A DNA stretch of 64,000 nucleotides from NCBI GenBank assembly GCA_963729895.1, contig CAVSQB010000012.1, forward strand, positions 64,001-128,000. The letters run 5' to 3'. Position numbers and translations under genes: made by a program. Below the pieces are notes generated by a model. That model was not told where the DNA came from. It was given only the letters and a program-made list of their open reading frames with translations, and made no database searches. The DNA comes from an uncultured Fibrobacterota bacterium. GTDB taxonomy: Bacteria > Fibrobacterota > Chitinivibrionia > Chitinivibrionales > FEN-1185. Positions 38,379 to 48,192 of this stretch are shown piece after piece; positions within the stretch are counted from its first letter, which is position 1, and the number at the start of each line of letters is the position of its first letter.

Positions 38379-41300
38379 TCAAGAAAAGTCGACCATCTCA
38401 CACTTGAACGCGAGCTTGAAGTAATTGCCGGTATCGTCCGTGTCCAGCCATATACGGCCGTTGTGGGCGATCATGACCATCTTGCAGAAGAACAGGCCCA
38501 GTCCCTTTGAATACTGGGAACCTTTGCTGTCGACCCGGGCATACTTATCGAACAGGAACCCTTTTTCTTCATCAGAAATCGGATTTCCAGAGTTGAAGAA
38601 TGTGAGCATGTTCTCATTGTGCGCAATGTCGAGGCTGAGCACCACCCTCCCGCCTTTGGGAACATACTTGGCCGCGTTGCTGAAGATATTCTGCATGACG
38701 CGTTCAACAAGGTAAAAATCAGCCTCAACCGCAAACAGGTCGCTGGTATTGTCAACAACAGAAACGGCAATGCCCTTCTCCTCGAACATCACATTGTGTT
38801 TGAGTTGGTCCGCCATGTCGAACAGAACGCTCCTGGTAAGCATTTCCTTTTTCAAGGTCAGTTTGCCGTCTTCCATTTTGCCGATGTCAAGCAAATTGGA
38901 TGCAAGGCTCACGATGCTCAGGCAGCAGTCAGAAATAATGCGAGAGGTCTTGAGGATCTTCGGGTCGTTGGGATACTGCCGCGCAAGCAGCGTGGCGTTT
39001 CCCTCTATGCCGGAGGTGTAGTTTTTGATGTCGTGCACTATGGTGCCCCCGAGAATGTCTTTCATGCGCTCCGACTCAATCACCTTGACGCTGAAATTCT
39101 GCAATTCCTTGTTCTTTTCCTCAATATCACTTGTCTGTTCCTTCACCTTTTTTTCCAGGTTACGGTTGAGGCGTTTGAATTCTTCCATCAGATAGGCATT
39201 GTGCAGGAGCACGTCAGCCTGGGCGGAAAGGATCTGCGCGGCTTTCTTCGCGCTTTCCGAAAAAAGTCCGCTCACCATGTCATTGCCGAGGTAGACGCAG
39301 CCCATGTAATATTCGCCATGGCACAGCGGCACGCAAAGCACCGAACGAACCCTATCGGTGTCCGCCTTTTCAAGGTTTTCTTTCGGCGCATTCTTAACAA
39401 GAACGATGGACTTTTGTTTCCTGGTTTCTTCAATGATCTTTTCCGAATAATGCATGTCTTTCGCATCCATCACCGCCCCGTCAAAATTCATTCCCATGGT
39501 CTTGGCGGCAATACCATCCTCTTCGTTAGCCTCCAAAAGAATGCATCCGTATTGAGCGCCTGTGGCCTTGATCATGGCGGAAAGGATCTGCCTGAGCAGC
39601 GCGTCAAGGTTGTCTATTTCCCGCATGGACGCGCTCATTTCGTACAGCGTGTCAATGCGGAGCTGACTTACTTCCGACATCGAAGTCTGAAGATCGGCTT
39701 TTTTCTCCGGAGCATCCTTTTTGTATTCCATTATGATAATATCCACTTTATCTTTCAGGCGCTCCGTCTCAAGAACTGCTCCGCACTGATGGAAGAGCCT
39801 GTACGCGGCGTTGAACTGGTCCCTTGCGAGCCCGGGCAGGTTGCAATCCTCAAGGAACAAGCCGTAGTCGCGGAGGGACTTCGCTTCTTCGTAACGCATA
39901 TCAAGGGTGTGGTGTTTTTTGATTGCCTTCTGGAACAGATACTTTGCGACGCGGCGGCGACCTTTAAAAGCGTTGTACCAGGCAAGGCAGCGCAGGGCAG
40001 CACCCATGTGCGCGGGATATCTAATTCCCGAAAAATAAGCAAATGCAGAATTCTTTCCCAAGCCTTTTGGAATTTTAGAACCCTTAAAGATATTTTCATT
40101 ATCCAATCCACTAGTCTTACGATTAATTAGTATCTCGCAATGATCTGAATATGATGAAGCCACATATTCTTGACTTAGACTTTTCTCCTTGATTGTTCTT
40201 AATATCTCACTACTAACGCTCAATGATTGCGCCAAATTATTATTCAATAAGTTTATTTTTAGCAAATATTTGTTCGCAATCGTCCTTACCAAAGAGTCGT
40301 TGACACCATTTTGTCCACTTAGAATGTTCTCGCATTCATTTTTTTGCGAAATGCCCAATAACTCTTGCAAATATGATCTCGAACCTAACGAATTGAGCTT
40401 TCCTCTTGCGTCATTACATTCCGCACAAAGGTCATTTTCCTTGTTAAACATGACCAAGCTACGATTCAATTCGCCTCTTTTTTCATAGAGCCACCCCAAA
40501 TTTTCAATGGGAACAATTTGTCCCCCAAAATCTCCAATTGATTGATAATCATGAAGGCTTGAGTCTATCAACAACTCCGCATCCTTCCATTTTGCATCAC
40601 AAATATGGATTAGACCCCCAGCAAATTTTGCAAAGGCAAGGATATCTCTTCGGTTTATCTCTTCCGAGATATGAATCGCCCTATCCATGTATTTGAATGC
40701 CCGTCGTTTTAGAAACATTTGAAATGCTGGCACCATATGGAATGAGTACGTTTCGGCTTTTTCAAAACTATCTTCAAGACGATCCGCGTAGTTTAGCGCC
40801 TTAAAATGGGCATATAGAGCAAATATCATATCCTTAAAAAAGAAGGAATAAGACAATTTGTTCAGGATTCTTACTGAAAGAAGAATGCTTTGATTTCTTA
40901 TTTTTGGAAGGAAGCGTTTAATTCCTGAAGAAAAACAAATTTGTACCACTACTTCAAACAATAACAGAAAAAATATATTGGGCTTCCTGAATGAATGTTT
41001 AGCTCCAAGTTGGTCTAATGCTTCTGTAAAGTATGTAATAGAATTGTCAAACTCTCCCATATTATGATAAATCGCCCCGACCCTATACTTTACTTCCAAC
41101 TGTTGATATTTCTCAAGTGCCTCAGGTTTTTCCAGCAATTTCAAGAATGTGTTCAACGCCTGCTGGTTCCTTCCCGTCATCATCAACACATTTCCAAAGT
41201 CCATCTGCACCTTGATCAGGTCAACCGGAACAGACAGGCCGAGGCCGGGGCATTGCGAGGCCATCATGGAGGTGTTCCTGAAATACCGGGTGGCAATGTC

Positions 41301-43490
41301 GAATGCGACTTTCTCAGAGGCGTAACGCGCAGCTTCGTAGCAGACCTGAATGGCCTTTACCAGGTTTTTACTCTTGAGATAATATTCCGCGGCATTGAAT
41401 ATCAGTTCCCTGTTCGCGGCCATCTTTTCTTCATAAACGAGCGCTATCTTTTCATTGAGGGCAAATGTGTCTTTTTTGGCTACACGCTGGCCTATGGATT
41501 CCTGAACTCTGTCGTGAATGAAATAGAAAGCGTCTTCAGATTTTCTGATGATGAATCCGAGATTTTCGAGCCTGCGGAGAATCCGGCTTGGTTGCTCCCT
41601 TTCAAAGTCCCCGATTTTCTCCACCACGCTTGTTTCTATTTTTCCCTGAATGAGCGATGCAATCAAAAGGTATCGTTTTTCGTTCTCATCCAGTATGTCC
41701 AGCCTGGAAAGGACTAGAGAGACAGGGTCGAATTTTTCCGGCAATGATTTGATGTCTGTCTTGCTGTATACCCATCCTGTCGGGGAAGGTTTGAGTATTG
41801 AGGCGTTCACCAGATACTGCATTGCTTCGGAAACAGTGAGCGGATTGCCGTCGGTTTTGGTGCACAACGCTTCATTGAGGACTTCGGCATCCTGAATCTC
41901 TCCTACACGGGATGAAATCAGCTCCTTGATTTCCACCTTGGAAAAGGGCTTGATATGGAGAGATTTTCTTATTCCGATTTTCCTGAGATCCGTGCCGAAC
42001 GCGAAAACGTCGGCTTCTGATTTTTCGGTCCGATAGCAAAGCACAAGCATGCAAGCAGGCTGCATAGCAAGGAATTTCTTGAGCACTTCAAAAGAGATTT
42101 GGTCTATCCATTGGAAGTCGTCTACGAAGACGATTGATTGTTTGAAAAGGCTGATCGTGGCAAAAAGCCGGGAAAGGACATGGATGATGCGCTCAGCTTC
42201 TTTTTCCTTTTCAACCTTGTCTATCTCCCCCACTTTTTCAAAATGTTCCCGGAGTTCCGGGATTATCGAGCATATGACACCCGAATAATCGGCAAGGTCC
42301 TTCTGCAAGATTTCCCTGAACCGGTCTTTTTCGCCGGAGCCAGAAAACGCGATTTTCGAAAGGAGTTGAAGTACGACGTGGCGGACAACGGAATACGGCT
42401 GGCTCGAACTGAACCTGTTGCACTTCGAAGAAAGGAACAATGTCTTTTCTTCGTTTACCTTTACCTTGAACTTGTTAACGATCTCGGTTTTGCCAACGCC
42501 CGACTTTCCAAAGATCAGGAACGAAGAACCTTTCCCCTGGTTCAGTTGGTCGTGCCCGCGGCAAAGAGCGTCAATTTCAGTGTCCCGGCCGACAAAACTT
42601 TTTGAGCGGCCGGCCGCTATTATGGTGTCCCTTTCGCCAGGAACAAATGTTTTCTTGCCTTCTTCCTTGATGCAGAGAATTGCCTGTTCCACGTCGTGCT
42701 TGAACCCGCTTGCAGTCTGATACCGGTCGTCAGGAGAGGGTTTTAAGGATTTAAGAAGAATGGTATTAAGAAACGCAGGAATATTTCTAACCGGTTTCAC
42801 TTCGGTTTTGAGCGTAAATTTGAGCAGTTCTTCAATAGAATCCTTATGATCTGGAAAAGGCAGGCTGCCTGAGATCATCCTGTAGAGCATGATCCCTGCG
42901 CAGAAAAGGTCGGAGCGGGAATCAATCTTGAAATCCGTAAACCCCATTTGCTCGGGCGAAAGATAAGGCAAAGTTCCTACAATGGCGCCCTCGGGCAGCT
43001 TTCGCGCTTCATCTTCAAACATGGAAAGGCCAAAATCAAGAAGTTCCAGGCCCCGTTCATCATTGATATAAATATTGTGCGGGTTCAGGTCGCAATGGAT
43101 GATGCCCCTCGCATGGATATATTCGAGCGCGTCCAGGATCTGACGAGCATACGAGAGAGCTTCCTCGGGCGATAATGCCTTCTTATTCTCGCAGATTTTT
43201 GCAAGAGTTGTTCCTTGACGGTATGGATACACGATCGAATATGTGGTCTCGTCGGCAAATGTCTCTGCGGGCTTCGCAATGTTCGGGTGGTCGAACGAAG
43301 ATACGGTGTCAACTTCTTTCCTGAACCGTATTTTTCTTTGAAGCGCCTCACTCGAAGCGTCTTTGTGCTCCTTTAGGGACTTTAGGAGAAAATGCTCGCC
43401 TGTTTCCTTTTTCCTGGTAAGAAATACATCACTGTCCCGGCTGGTGGAAATCAGGTTAACAACTTCGAATTTGGTTAACAAACCTTTCAT
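38379..43490 (-). CDS. Giant hybrid Ser/Thr kinase - AAA ATPase - TPR - GAF - histidine kinase (~1700 aa); C-terminal 7 aa IS-derived
   Basis: HCDLNPHN/DFG/GTLPYLSPEQ; FVGR..GKSGVGKT; VDDFQWID; FIHDRVQE; TPR region; GAF (SVLCVPL, VYLGN, F); HDIKN H-box, NIFSNAAKY, GLGL. Confidence 0.9.
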   Translation of the reverse strand: MKGLLTKFEVVNLISTSRDSDVFLTRKKETGEHFLLKSLKEHKDASSEALQRKIRFRKEVDTVSSFDHPNIAKPAETFADETTYSIVYPYRQGTTLAKICENKKALSPEEALSYARQILDALEYIHARGIIHCDLNPHNIYINDERGLELLDFGLSMFEDEARKLPEGAIVGTLPYLSPEQMGFTDFKIDSRSDLFCAGIMLYRMISGSLPFPDHKDSIEELLKFTLKTEVKPVRNIPAFLNTILLKSLKPSPDDRYQTASGFKHDVEQAILCIKEEGKKTFVPGERDTIIAAGRSKSFVGRDTEIDALCRGHDQLNQGKGSSFLIFGKSGVGKTEIVNKFKVKVNEEKTLFLSSKCNRFSSSQPYSVVRHVVLQLLSKIAFSGSGEKDRFREILQKDLADYSGVICSIIPELREHFEKVGEIDKVEKEKEAERIIHVLSRLFATISLFKQSIVFVDDFQWIDQISFEVLKKFLAMQPACMLVLCYRTEKSEADVFAFGTDLRKIGIRKSLHIKPFSKVEIKELISSRVGEIQDAEVLNEALCTKTDGNPLTVSEAMQYLVNASILKPSPTGWVYSKTDIKSLPEKFDPVSLVLSRLDILDENEKRYLLIASLIQGKIETSVVEKIGDFEREQPSRILRRLENLGFIIRKSEDAFYFIHDRVQESIGQRVAKKDTFALNEKIALVYEEKMAANRELIFNAAEYYLKSKNLVKAIQVCYEAARYASEKVAFDIATRYFRNTSMMASQCPGLGLSVPVDLIKVQMDFGNVLMMTGRNQQALNTFLKLLEKPEALEKYQQLEVKYRVGAIYHNMGEFDNSITYFTEALDQLGAKHSFRKPNIFFLLLFEVVVQICFSSGIKRFLPKIRNQSILLSVRILNKLSYSFFFKDMIFALYAHFKALNYADRLEDSFEKAETYSFHMVPAFQMFLKRRAFKYMDRAIHISEEINRRDILAFAKFAGGLIHICDAKWKDAELLIDSSLHDYQSIGDFGGQIVPIENLGWLYEKRGELNRSLVMFNKENDLCAECNDARGKLNSLGSRSYLQELLGISQKNECENILSGQNGVNDSLVRTIANKYLLKINLLNNNLAQSLSVSSEILRTIKEKSLSQEYVASSYSDHCEILINRKTSGLDNENIFKGSKIPKGLGKNSAFAYFSGIRYPAHMGAALRCLAWYNAFKGRRRVAKYLFQKAIKKHHTLDMRYEEAKSLRDYGLFLEDCNLPGLARDQFNAAYRLFHQCGAVLETERLKDKVDIIIMEYKKDAPEKKADLQTSMSEVSQLRIDTLYEMSASMREIDNLDALLRQILSAMIKATGAQYGCILLEANEEDGIAAKTMGMNFDGAVMDAKDMHYSEKIIEETRKQKSIVLVKNAPKENLEKADTDRVRSVLCVPLCHGEYYMGCVYLGNDMVSGLFSESAKKAAQILSAQADVLLHNAYLMEEFKRLNRNLEKKVKEQTSDIEEKNKELQNFSVKVIESERMKDILGGTIVHDIKNYTSGIEGNATLLARQYPNDPKILKTSRIISDCCLSIVSLASNLLDIGKMEDGKLTLKKEMLTRSVLFDMADQLKHNVMFEEKGIAVSVVDNTSDLFAVEADFYLVERVMQNIFSNAAKYVPKGGRVVLSLDIAHNENMLTFFNSGNPISDEEKGFLFDKYARVDSKGSQYSKGLGLFFCKMVMIAHNGRIWLDTDDTGNYFKLAFKCEMVDFS

Positions 43491-43563
43491 GGGTACCTTT
43501 GACAAGCAAAGGGAAGTTGAAGGTAAATCTGAATACGGAAAGGCCTATGGAATGCGATGATTT

Positions 43564-43593
43564 ATTCTATAATAGTTTATGCAACATTGTCAA
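43564..43593 (-). promoter_or_regulatory. Putative sigma70 promoter of the giant kinase
   Basis: Minus strand TTGACA-18 nt-TAGAAT. Confidence 0.5.
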
Positions 43594-43615
43594 GAAAAAC
43601 ATCGACCATCCCATG

Positions 43616-45406
43616 CTAAACCTTTTCCTGAATTACTTTTTTGAGCGCCTTCATAAGCGCCGATGTAGGCTTGAAATCCTCCAGGTTCTTTATGTCTTGA
43701 ATGAACTTTACAGCTCGAGGTTTTAGTGGCAGCATCTCATCTTTGTCATAGTCAATTTCGATTATTGAGGATGATCTTTGATTTTCATAAGACGCTATTG
43801 CGTCTTTGAATGAAGATCGTATCGAAATAATATCAACCGCTCTGAAGTAGTTGACGCCAAATGCTTCGGAAAACTTCTTAAGGTCAGGCATGAAAAACGA
43901 TGTGCAATATTCAAGATTGTCATAAATCAGCTTCTGCGCCCATTCCACCACATTGTAACGGTTCTCCACGAAAATAACCCAGATAATCGGTATCTTGTAC
44001 TGCTGAGCGGTCGCTATCTCCATGCCATGCATTAGGAATGCACCATCACCTGAAATCGAAAAAACCATTTTTGCAGGGAGGGCCTTTTTTCCTCCAATGC
44101 ATCCAGCTATTGCCTGACCCATGGTGTAGTTGCACATAGTAATGGAATATGCGTTTTTTCGAGTTTTTAGGTTGCGCAATGAGAAATAGCCATTTGCTCC
44201 AATATCGCAAAACGTTATTGAGCCCAAGGGCAAAAGTTCTGAGATTTCTTTGAAGATTCTTTGAGGTTTTAAAGGCGAAACAGAATCATTCATTTCGGCA
44301 ATATTCGCCTTGTTCTCCAGGGCTATTTTTTCTTTCACGTCTTCGGCATAGTATCTTTTGGAAATCGCGTTTCCGAGCTCAGTGGTGATTCTTGAGATAA
44401 TTTCACCAAGATCGCCGGTTGTTGCAAGAAAAACGGGGTAGTTACGTCCGATGTCATACCCGTCAACATCGACTTGAATCAATTTCTTCCCTGTAAATAG
44501 ATTCGGATCAAATTTTAATGTAGCGAACTCACCAAAATCCTCACCTATCGCAACTATCACGTCACTTTCCTTGATAAGCACTTCGGCGCTTCTATGACCG
44601 TACAAATCCAACACCCCGCCAAAAAAGGGAGAAAACTCGTCTACAAGACCTTTCGCGCTCGCGGTAACAATTACGGGAACGCCAAATCTTTCAAAAAGCT
44701 CTTGAAGTTTGTCCGATACGTTCGGGAACCAACACCTTTGGCCTATCAGCAGAAGAGGTTTCGCAGAGTTCTTGAGCTCCTCAACTATCTTGGTAATTTG
44801 CTTTGTCTCCACCTTCCCACTTTCTGTACAACGATATTCATTTTTGGAAATCCGCGAAAAGCTGATCTGTTTCTCAAAATGATCCGTTGGAACCAATAGA
44901 TGAACTGGCCCTTTTCTTCCATTCAAAGAACACCTGCACAAATCCCTAATGTGATAAGGTACATTTTCAGGATCTACAGCGGTAATTGTCTTTTTTGTAA
45001 CCTCTTTCATAACAGTAGAAACTGAATAGGTGTTACCAATTCCAGAATCTTCCTGAAAAGAATTGCGTCCCCACAAATATGTAGGGACTATTGGAGTAAG
45101 CACAAAGCAGGGAATATTTGCCTTATACATTTCGGCTATTCCGGCAAGAAGATTCATGGCGCCAGGACCCGCTGTGCCAAGAATTAGCGCAGGTTTTTGG
45201 GCAAACTTTGCGTAGTTTAATGCCATCAGGCTTGCCGCGCCTTCATGCTTAACGGAAATGAATTCTATACTTGATTGCCCCAAAGCGTTAAAAAACGCCA
45301 GATAATGTGAGCCTGTTATTCCGAATGCGCATTCTATACCCTCTTCCTCTAAACACTGAACAATTGCTTGCGCGACAGTTATTTTCATTGTGTAGTCAAT
45401 CTCCAC
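43616..45406 (-). CDS. ThDP-dependent enzyme (acetolactate synthase/carboligase superfamily)
   Basis: AFGITG, KHEGAA, TAGPGAMN, GPVHL, SGDGAFLM...N ThDP motif; start may be 45388. Confidence 0.88.
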   Translation of the reverse strand: MEIDYTMKITVAQAIVQCLEEEGIECAFGITGSHYLAFFNALGQSSIEFISVKHEGAASLMALNYAKFAQKPALILGTAGPGAMNLLAGIAEMYKANIPCFVLTPIVPTYLWGRNSFQEDSGIGNTYSVSTVMKEVTKKTITAVDPENVPYHIRDLCRCSLNGRKGPVHLLVPTDHFEKQISFSRISKNEYRCTESGKVETKQITKIVEELKNSAKPLLLIGQRCWFPNVSDKLQELFERFGVPVIVTASAKGLVDEFSPFFGGVLDLYGHRSAEVLIKESDVIVAIGEDFGEFATLKFDPNLFTGKKLIQVDVDGYDIGRNYPVFLATTGDLGEIISRITTELGNAISKRYYAEDVKEKIALENKANIAEMNDSVSPLKPQRIFKEISELLPLGSITFCDIGANGYFSLRNLKTRKNAYSITMCNYTMGQAIAGCIGGKKALPAKMVFSISGDGAFLMHGMEIATAQQYKIPIIWVIFVENRYNVVEWAQKLIYDNLEYCTSFFMPDLKKFSEAFGVNYFRAVDIISIRSSFKDAIASYENQRSSSIIEIDYDKDEMLPLKPRAVKFIQDIKNLEDFKPTSALMKALKKVIQEKV

Positions 45407-45466
45407 TGTTGATTGTTGCCATTAGCAAAATAGTATACCAATATCTTTAGAACAAGCGATAATGCC

Positions 45467-46771
45467 GTGAGAATAGCCCTCGTTTCGCCAAGAGTTAATT
45501 TTTCAACAACCATTAAACGATTGCAGGAATTCTGGTACAAATCCAGCGAGGCCTCCCCATACAGGAATTACTGGTCTGGAGTTGGATCAGGTCTCCTTAC
45601 AGTTGCCGCACTGACTCCCCTGCACCATCAAGTTATTTTCGTCGACGAAAATGTTGAAGAAATCGATTTTAGTCAATCCTTTGACTTGGTGGGCATCTCT
45701 GCGATGACGCAGCAATCCGTACGGGCTTACGAAATTGCGGATGAGTTTAGAAGAAGAGGTACGACAGTTGTTTTTGGAGGCATTCATTCAACATTGTTGC
45801 CAGAAGAAGCGAAACTTCACGCTAATTCTGTTGTTGTCGGTGAAGCTGAGTACCTTTGGCAGAGTCTATTGACAGATGTCGAAAATCATTGCCTAAAGCC
45901 TTTTTATCATTCGGAACGGAAGGTGAGTCTTGCAGATTCACCTATTCCGCGTTTTGATTTGTGTAAGAGTGGAAACTACAACATGGTATGGATGCAGATG
46001 TCCCGCGGTTGTCCGCATGATTGCGAATATTGTACAGCTTCAAAGATATTCGGCAAGAGGTTCCGGAATAAGGATCTGTCTCAAGTCATTAACGAGATCC
46101 AACTGGTAAAGAATCTATTTCCGGAATCAAGAATCGCATTTGCCGATGACAATATTCTTGTTAACAAACGGCTATTGCAGCCGCTGCTGGCTGAGCTGTC
46201 GCAACTCGACATCAGGTGGCACGCGCAGACAGATATTTCAATTGGCAAAGACGGCAAACTCTTGGAGCTATTTAGAAAAAGTGGATGTACTTTTCTGTTC
46301 ATCGGTTTGGAGAGTCTTTCTGTTGAGGGACTCAGTTCAATTGACGAATCGGGTTGGAAGGCTAACCAGCTAAAGAATTACTCAAGGTACATCCAGAATA
46401 TTCAATCGTTGGGGATCGGGGTGATGGGAGCTTTTATGATAGGGTTGGATAGCGATGATCTATCTTCGCTGAAGAGAATTGAAGATTTCATTATCGAAAA
46501 CAACCTGTATGCTGCTTCAATCACCATTCTCACTCCGTTGCCGGGTACGCGATTGAGAAGACGGCTGGAAGCAGAAGGCAGAATTCTTTCCAGCAAATGG
46601 GGCGACTATACCGGCTACAATGTTAATCATTTGCCCAAAGGAATGACGGTGCAGGAATTGGAAACCGGTTTTGTAGACACTTACGAACGAATCTACAGCA
46701 AAGATTTCTATGTAAAAAAGATGATGTATTTCAAGCAAATTCAGAAACAGCTTGCAACAGCTTCGGCATAA
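45467..46771 (+). CDS. Cobalamin-binding radical SAM protein
   Basis: LLTVAALTP, DENVE, GGIH, GEAE, SRGCPHDCEYC, ADDN, IGLES, TPLPGT. Confidence 0.9.
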   Translation: MRIALVSPRVNFSTTIKRLQEFWYKSSEASPYRNYWSGVGSGLLTVAALTPLHHQVIFVDENVEEIDFSQSFDLVGISAMTQQSVRAYEIADEFRRRGTTVVFGGIHSTLLPEEAKLHANSVVVGEAEYLWQSLLTDVENHCLKPFYHSERKVSLADSPIPRFDLCKSGNYNMVWMQMSRGCPHDCEYCTASKIFGKRFRNKDLSQVINEIQLVKNLFPESRIAFADDNILVNKRLLQPLLAELSQLDIRWHAQTDISIGKDGKLLELFRKSGCTFLFIGLESLSVEGLSSIDESGWKANQLKNYSRYIQNIQSLGIGVMGAFMIGLDSDDLSSLKRIEDFIIENNLYAASITILTPLPGTRLRRRLEAEGRILSSKWGDYTGYNVNHLPKGMTVQELETGFVDTYERIYSKDFYVKKMMYFKQIQKQLATASA

Positions 46772-48138
46772 CTACGAGACTCAAATATTATCTTGGTCGG
46801 CATCTTCCGCCCTCCAATATTTTCCCCGCACCACTTTTTGAATCCTTCCTCAGCCTCTGGACCCTTGTTTCTTAACTTCACCCACGCAACAACTCTCGCA
46901 CCAATCACTTCATCTGGCTCGTGTCTTATCTTGACTTCCGCAATACTCTTATTCATCATCATCAACCGTTCCAACTCAGCGGGATACACTTTGTTGCCGC
47001 TTACGTTTATCATGAGCGGCCTTGGTTCCGTCAGATACAGGTATCCGTCGCTGTCCATTCTGCCAATATCGCCGGTATATAGCGAGCCGTTTCGCAATAC
47101 TTGCCGCGTCGATGCTTCGTTGTTGAAGTACCCCTTGAAAACGTTCTTGCCTTTTACGCATATCTGGCCGGATTCGCCAGCGGAAAGTACCTGATCCTGG
47201 TCTCCAAGTATTCCGATTTCGCAACATGGAAATGCGCGGCCGACGGAATCCGTCTTGATGGCGTCCTTCGGCCTATGCCATGTGCAAATTGGAGACGCTT
47301 CGGTAAGCCCGTATCCTTCGCGGATGGCAATGCCAGTGCTCTTTTCAAATGATTCAAAGACCGTTTTGGATAACTTGCACCCGCCGCATACGCAGCTTTG
47401 CACAGATTGGAAGGTCTTTCTTGGAGCGGGCAGTCGTCTAAAAAAGTGGTAAACTAGAGGCACTGCGTAGATGTGCGTTGCCTTTCGCGATTTAAGCTGA
47501 CCACCAACCCTTCTGAATGCTGCGAAATCGGACATGTCCTCAATAAGAACATCTCCCTTAACCAGCGAAGGAGCTATCAATCCTGTCTGCAAAGCAAACA
47601 AATGATGCAATGGGATAACGGCGCAGGAAACCGTGCCTTTTTGCACACTGTTGACCTCTACAACTGCCTCCGCATTCGCCCTCAAACTCTCATTCGTCAG
47701 CATCGCCCCTTTTGCATACCCATCGCTTGCATTCGTGTACAGTATCAAGCACACATCCTCCAGCCCCTCCAACCGCTTCTCCTCAATCTTGCTATCCCTG
47801 AATTCAAACTCTTTTTCAAAATCAAGCGTGTCCGTAGTTTTGCCGATGCGTATGAGAGCGCCCGGCACCGTGTCGTTCATCATCTCGGCAAGCTCCAGCT
47901 TGCCTATGGCGGGGTCCACCAGGACGCAAATTCTCCCGGACTTAATTATGCCGAAAAAGGCATACACCATCTTGATATGATTTGGCGCAAACAGGTAGAC
48001 AAACGGCGAGTTGGACGTAATCCGTTTATTGAGACATTCCGCAACGGAATCGATGTTCTGCCGGACCACGTCGGGAGAATAGGTTTTGCCGCGGAAATAG
48101 ATGTTGCCGAAATTGAGCCTGTCGGTGAGCAAAGCCAT
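46741..48138 (-). CDS. ANL-superfamily adenylation enzyme (acyl-CoA/acyl-ACP ligase-like) with atypical motifs
   Basis: YGLTEASP, GYFNN, YTGDIG, GNKVYPAELE present; P-loop reads YTNASDGYAKG; terminal A10 Lys motif absent. Confidence 0.8.
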   Translation of the reverse strand: MALLTDRLNFGNIYFRGKTYSPDVVRQNIDSVAECLNKRITSNSPFVYLFAPNHIKMVYAFFGIIKSGRICVLVDPAIGKLELAEMMNDTVPGALIRIGKTTDTLDFEKEFEFRDSKIEEKRLEGLEDVCLILYTNASDGYAKGAMLTNESLRANAEAVVEVNSVQKGTVSCAVIPLHHLFALQTGLIAPSLVKGDVLIEDMSDFAAFRRVGGQLKSRKATHIYAVPLVYHFFRRLPAPRKTFQSVQSCVCGGCKLSKTVFESFEKSTGIAIREGYGLTEASPICTWHRPKDAIKTDSVGRAFPCCEIGILGDQDQVLSAGESGQICVKGKNVFKGYFNNEASTRQVLRNGSLYTGDIGRMDSDGYLYLTEPRPLMINVSGNKVYPAELERLMMMNKSIAEVKIRHEPDEVIGARVVAWVKLRNKGPEAEEGFKKWCGENIGGRKMPTKIIFESRSYAEAVASCF

Positions 48139-48192
48139 GGTTTCAGGTTCCTTTGTAGAGAGATTGTGCCGGATTGGTCGCAAAAGCCTTAT

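Larger units (their letters stand above)
37048..38400 (+). mobile_element. IS3-family insertion sequence B (1353 bp)
   Basis: Long imperfect IRs TGAGATGGTC...ACAGGAA...CTTAGTTGG at both ends; 3-bp TSD CAC (37045-37047, 38401-38403). Confidence 0.9.

Noticed and set aside
38619..40130. 503-aa plus-strand ORF
   Set aside because: Antisense shadow of the giant kinase; no recognisable motifs.
43616..45406. Calling the ThDP enzyme ilvB
   Set aside because: No regulatory subunit or ilv genes nearby, atypical composition and context; symbol withheld.
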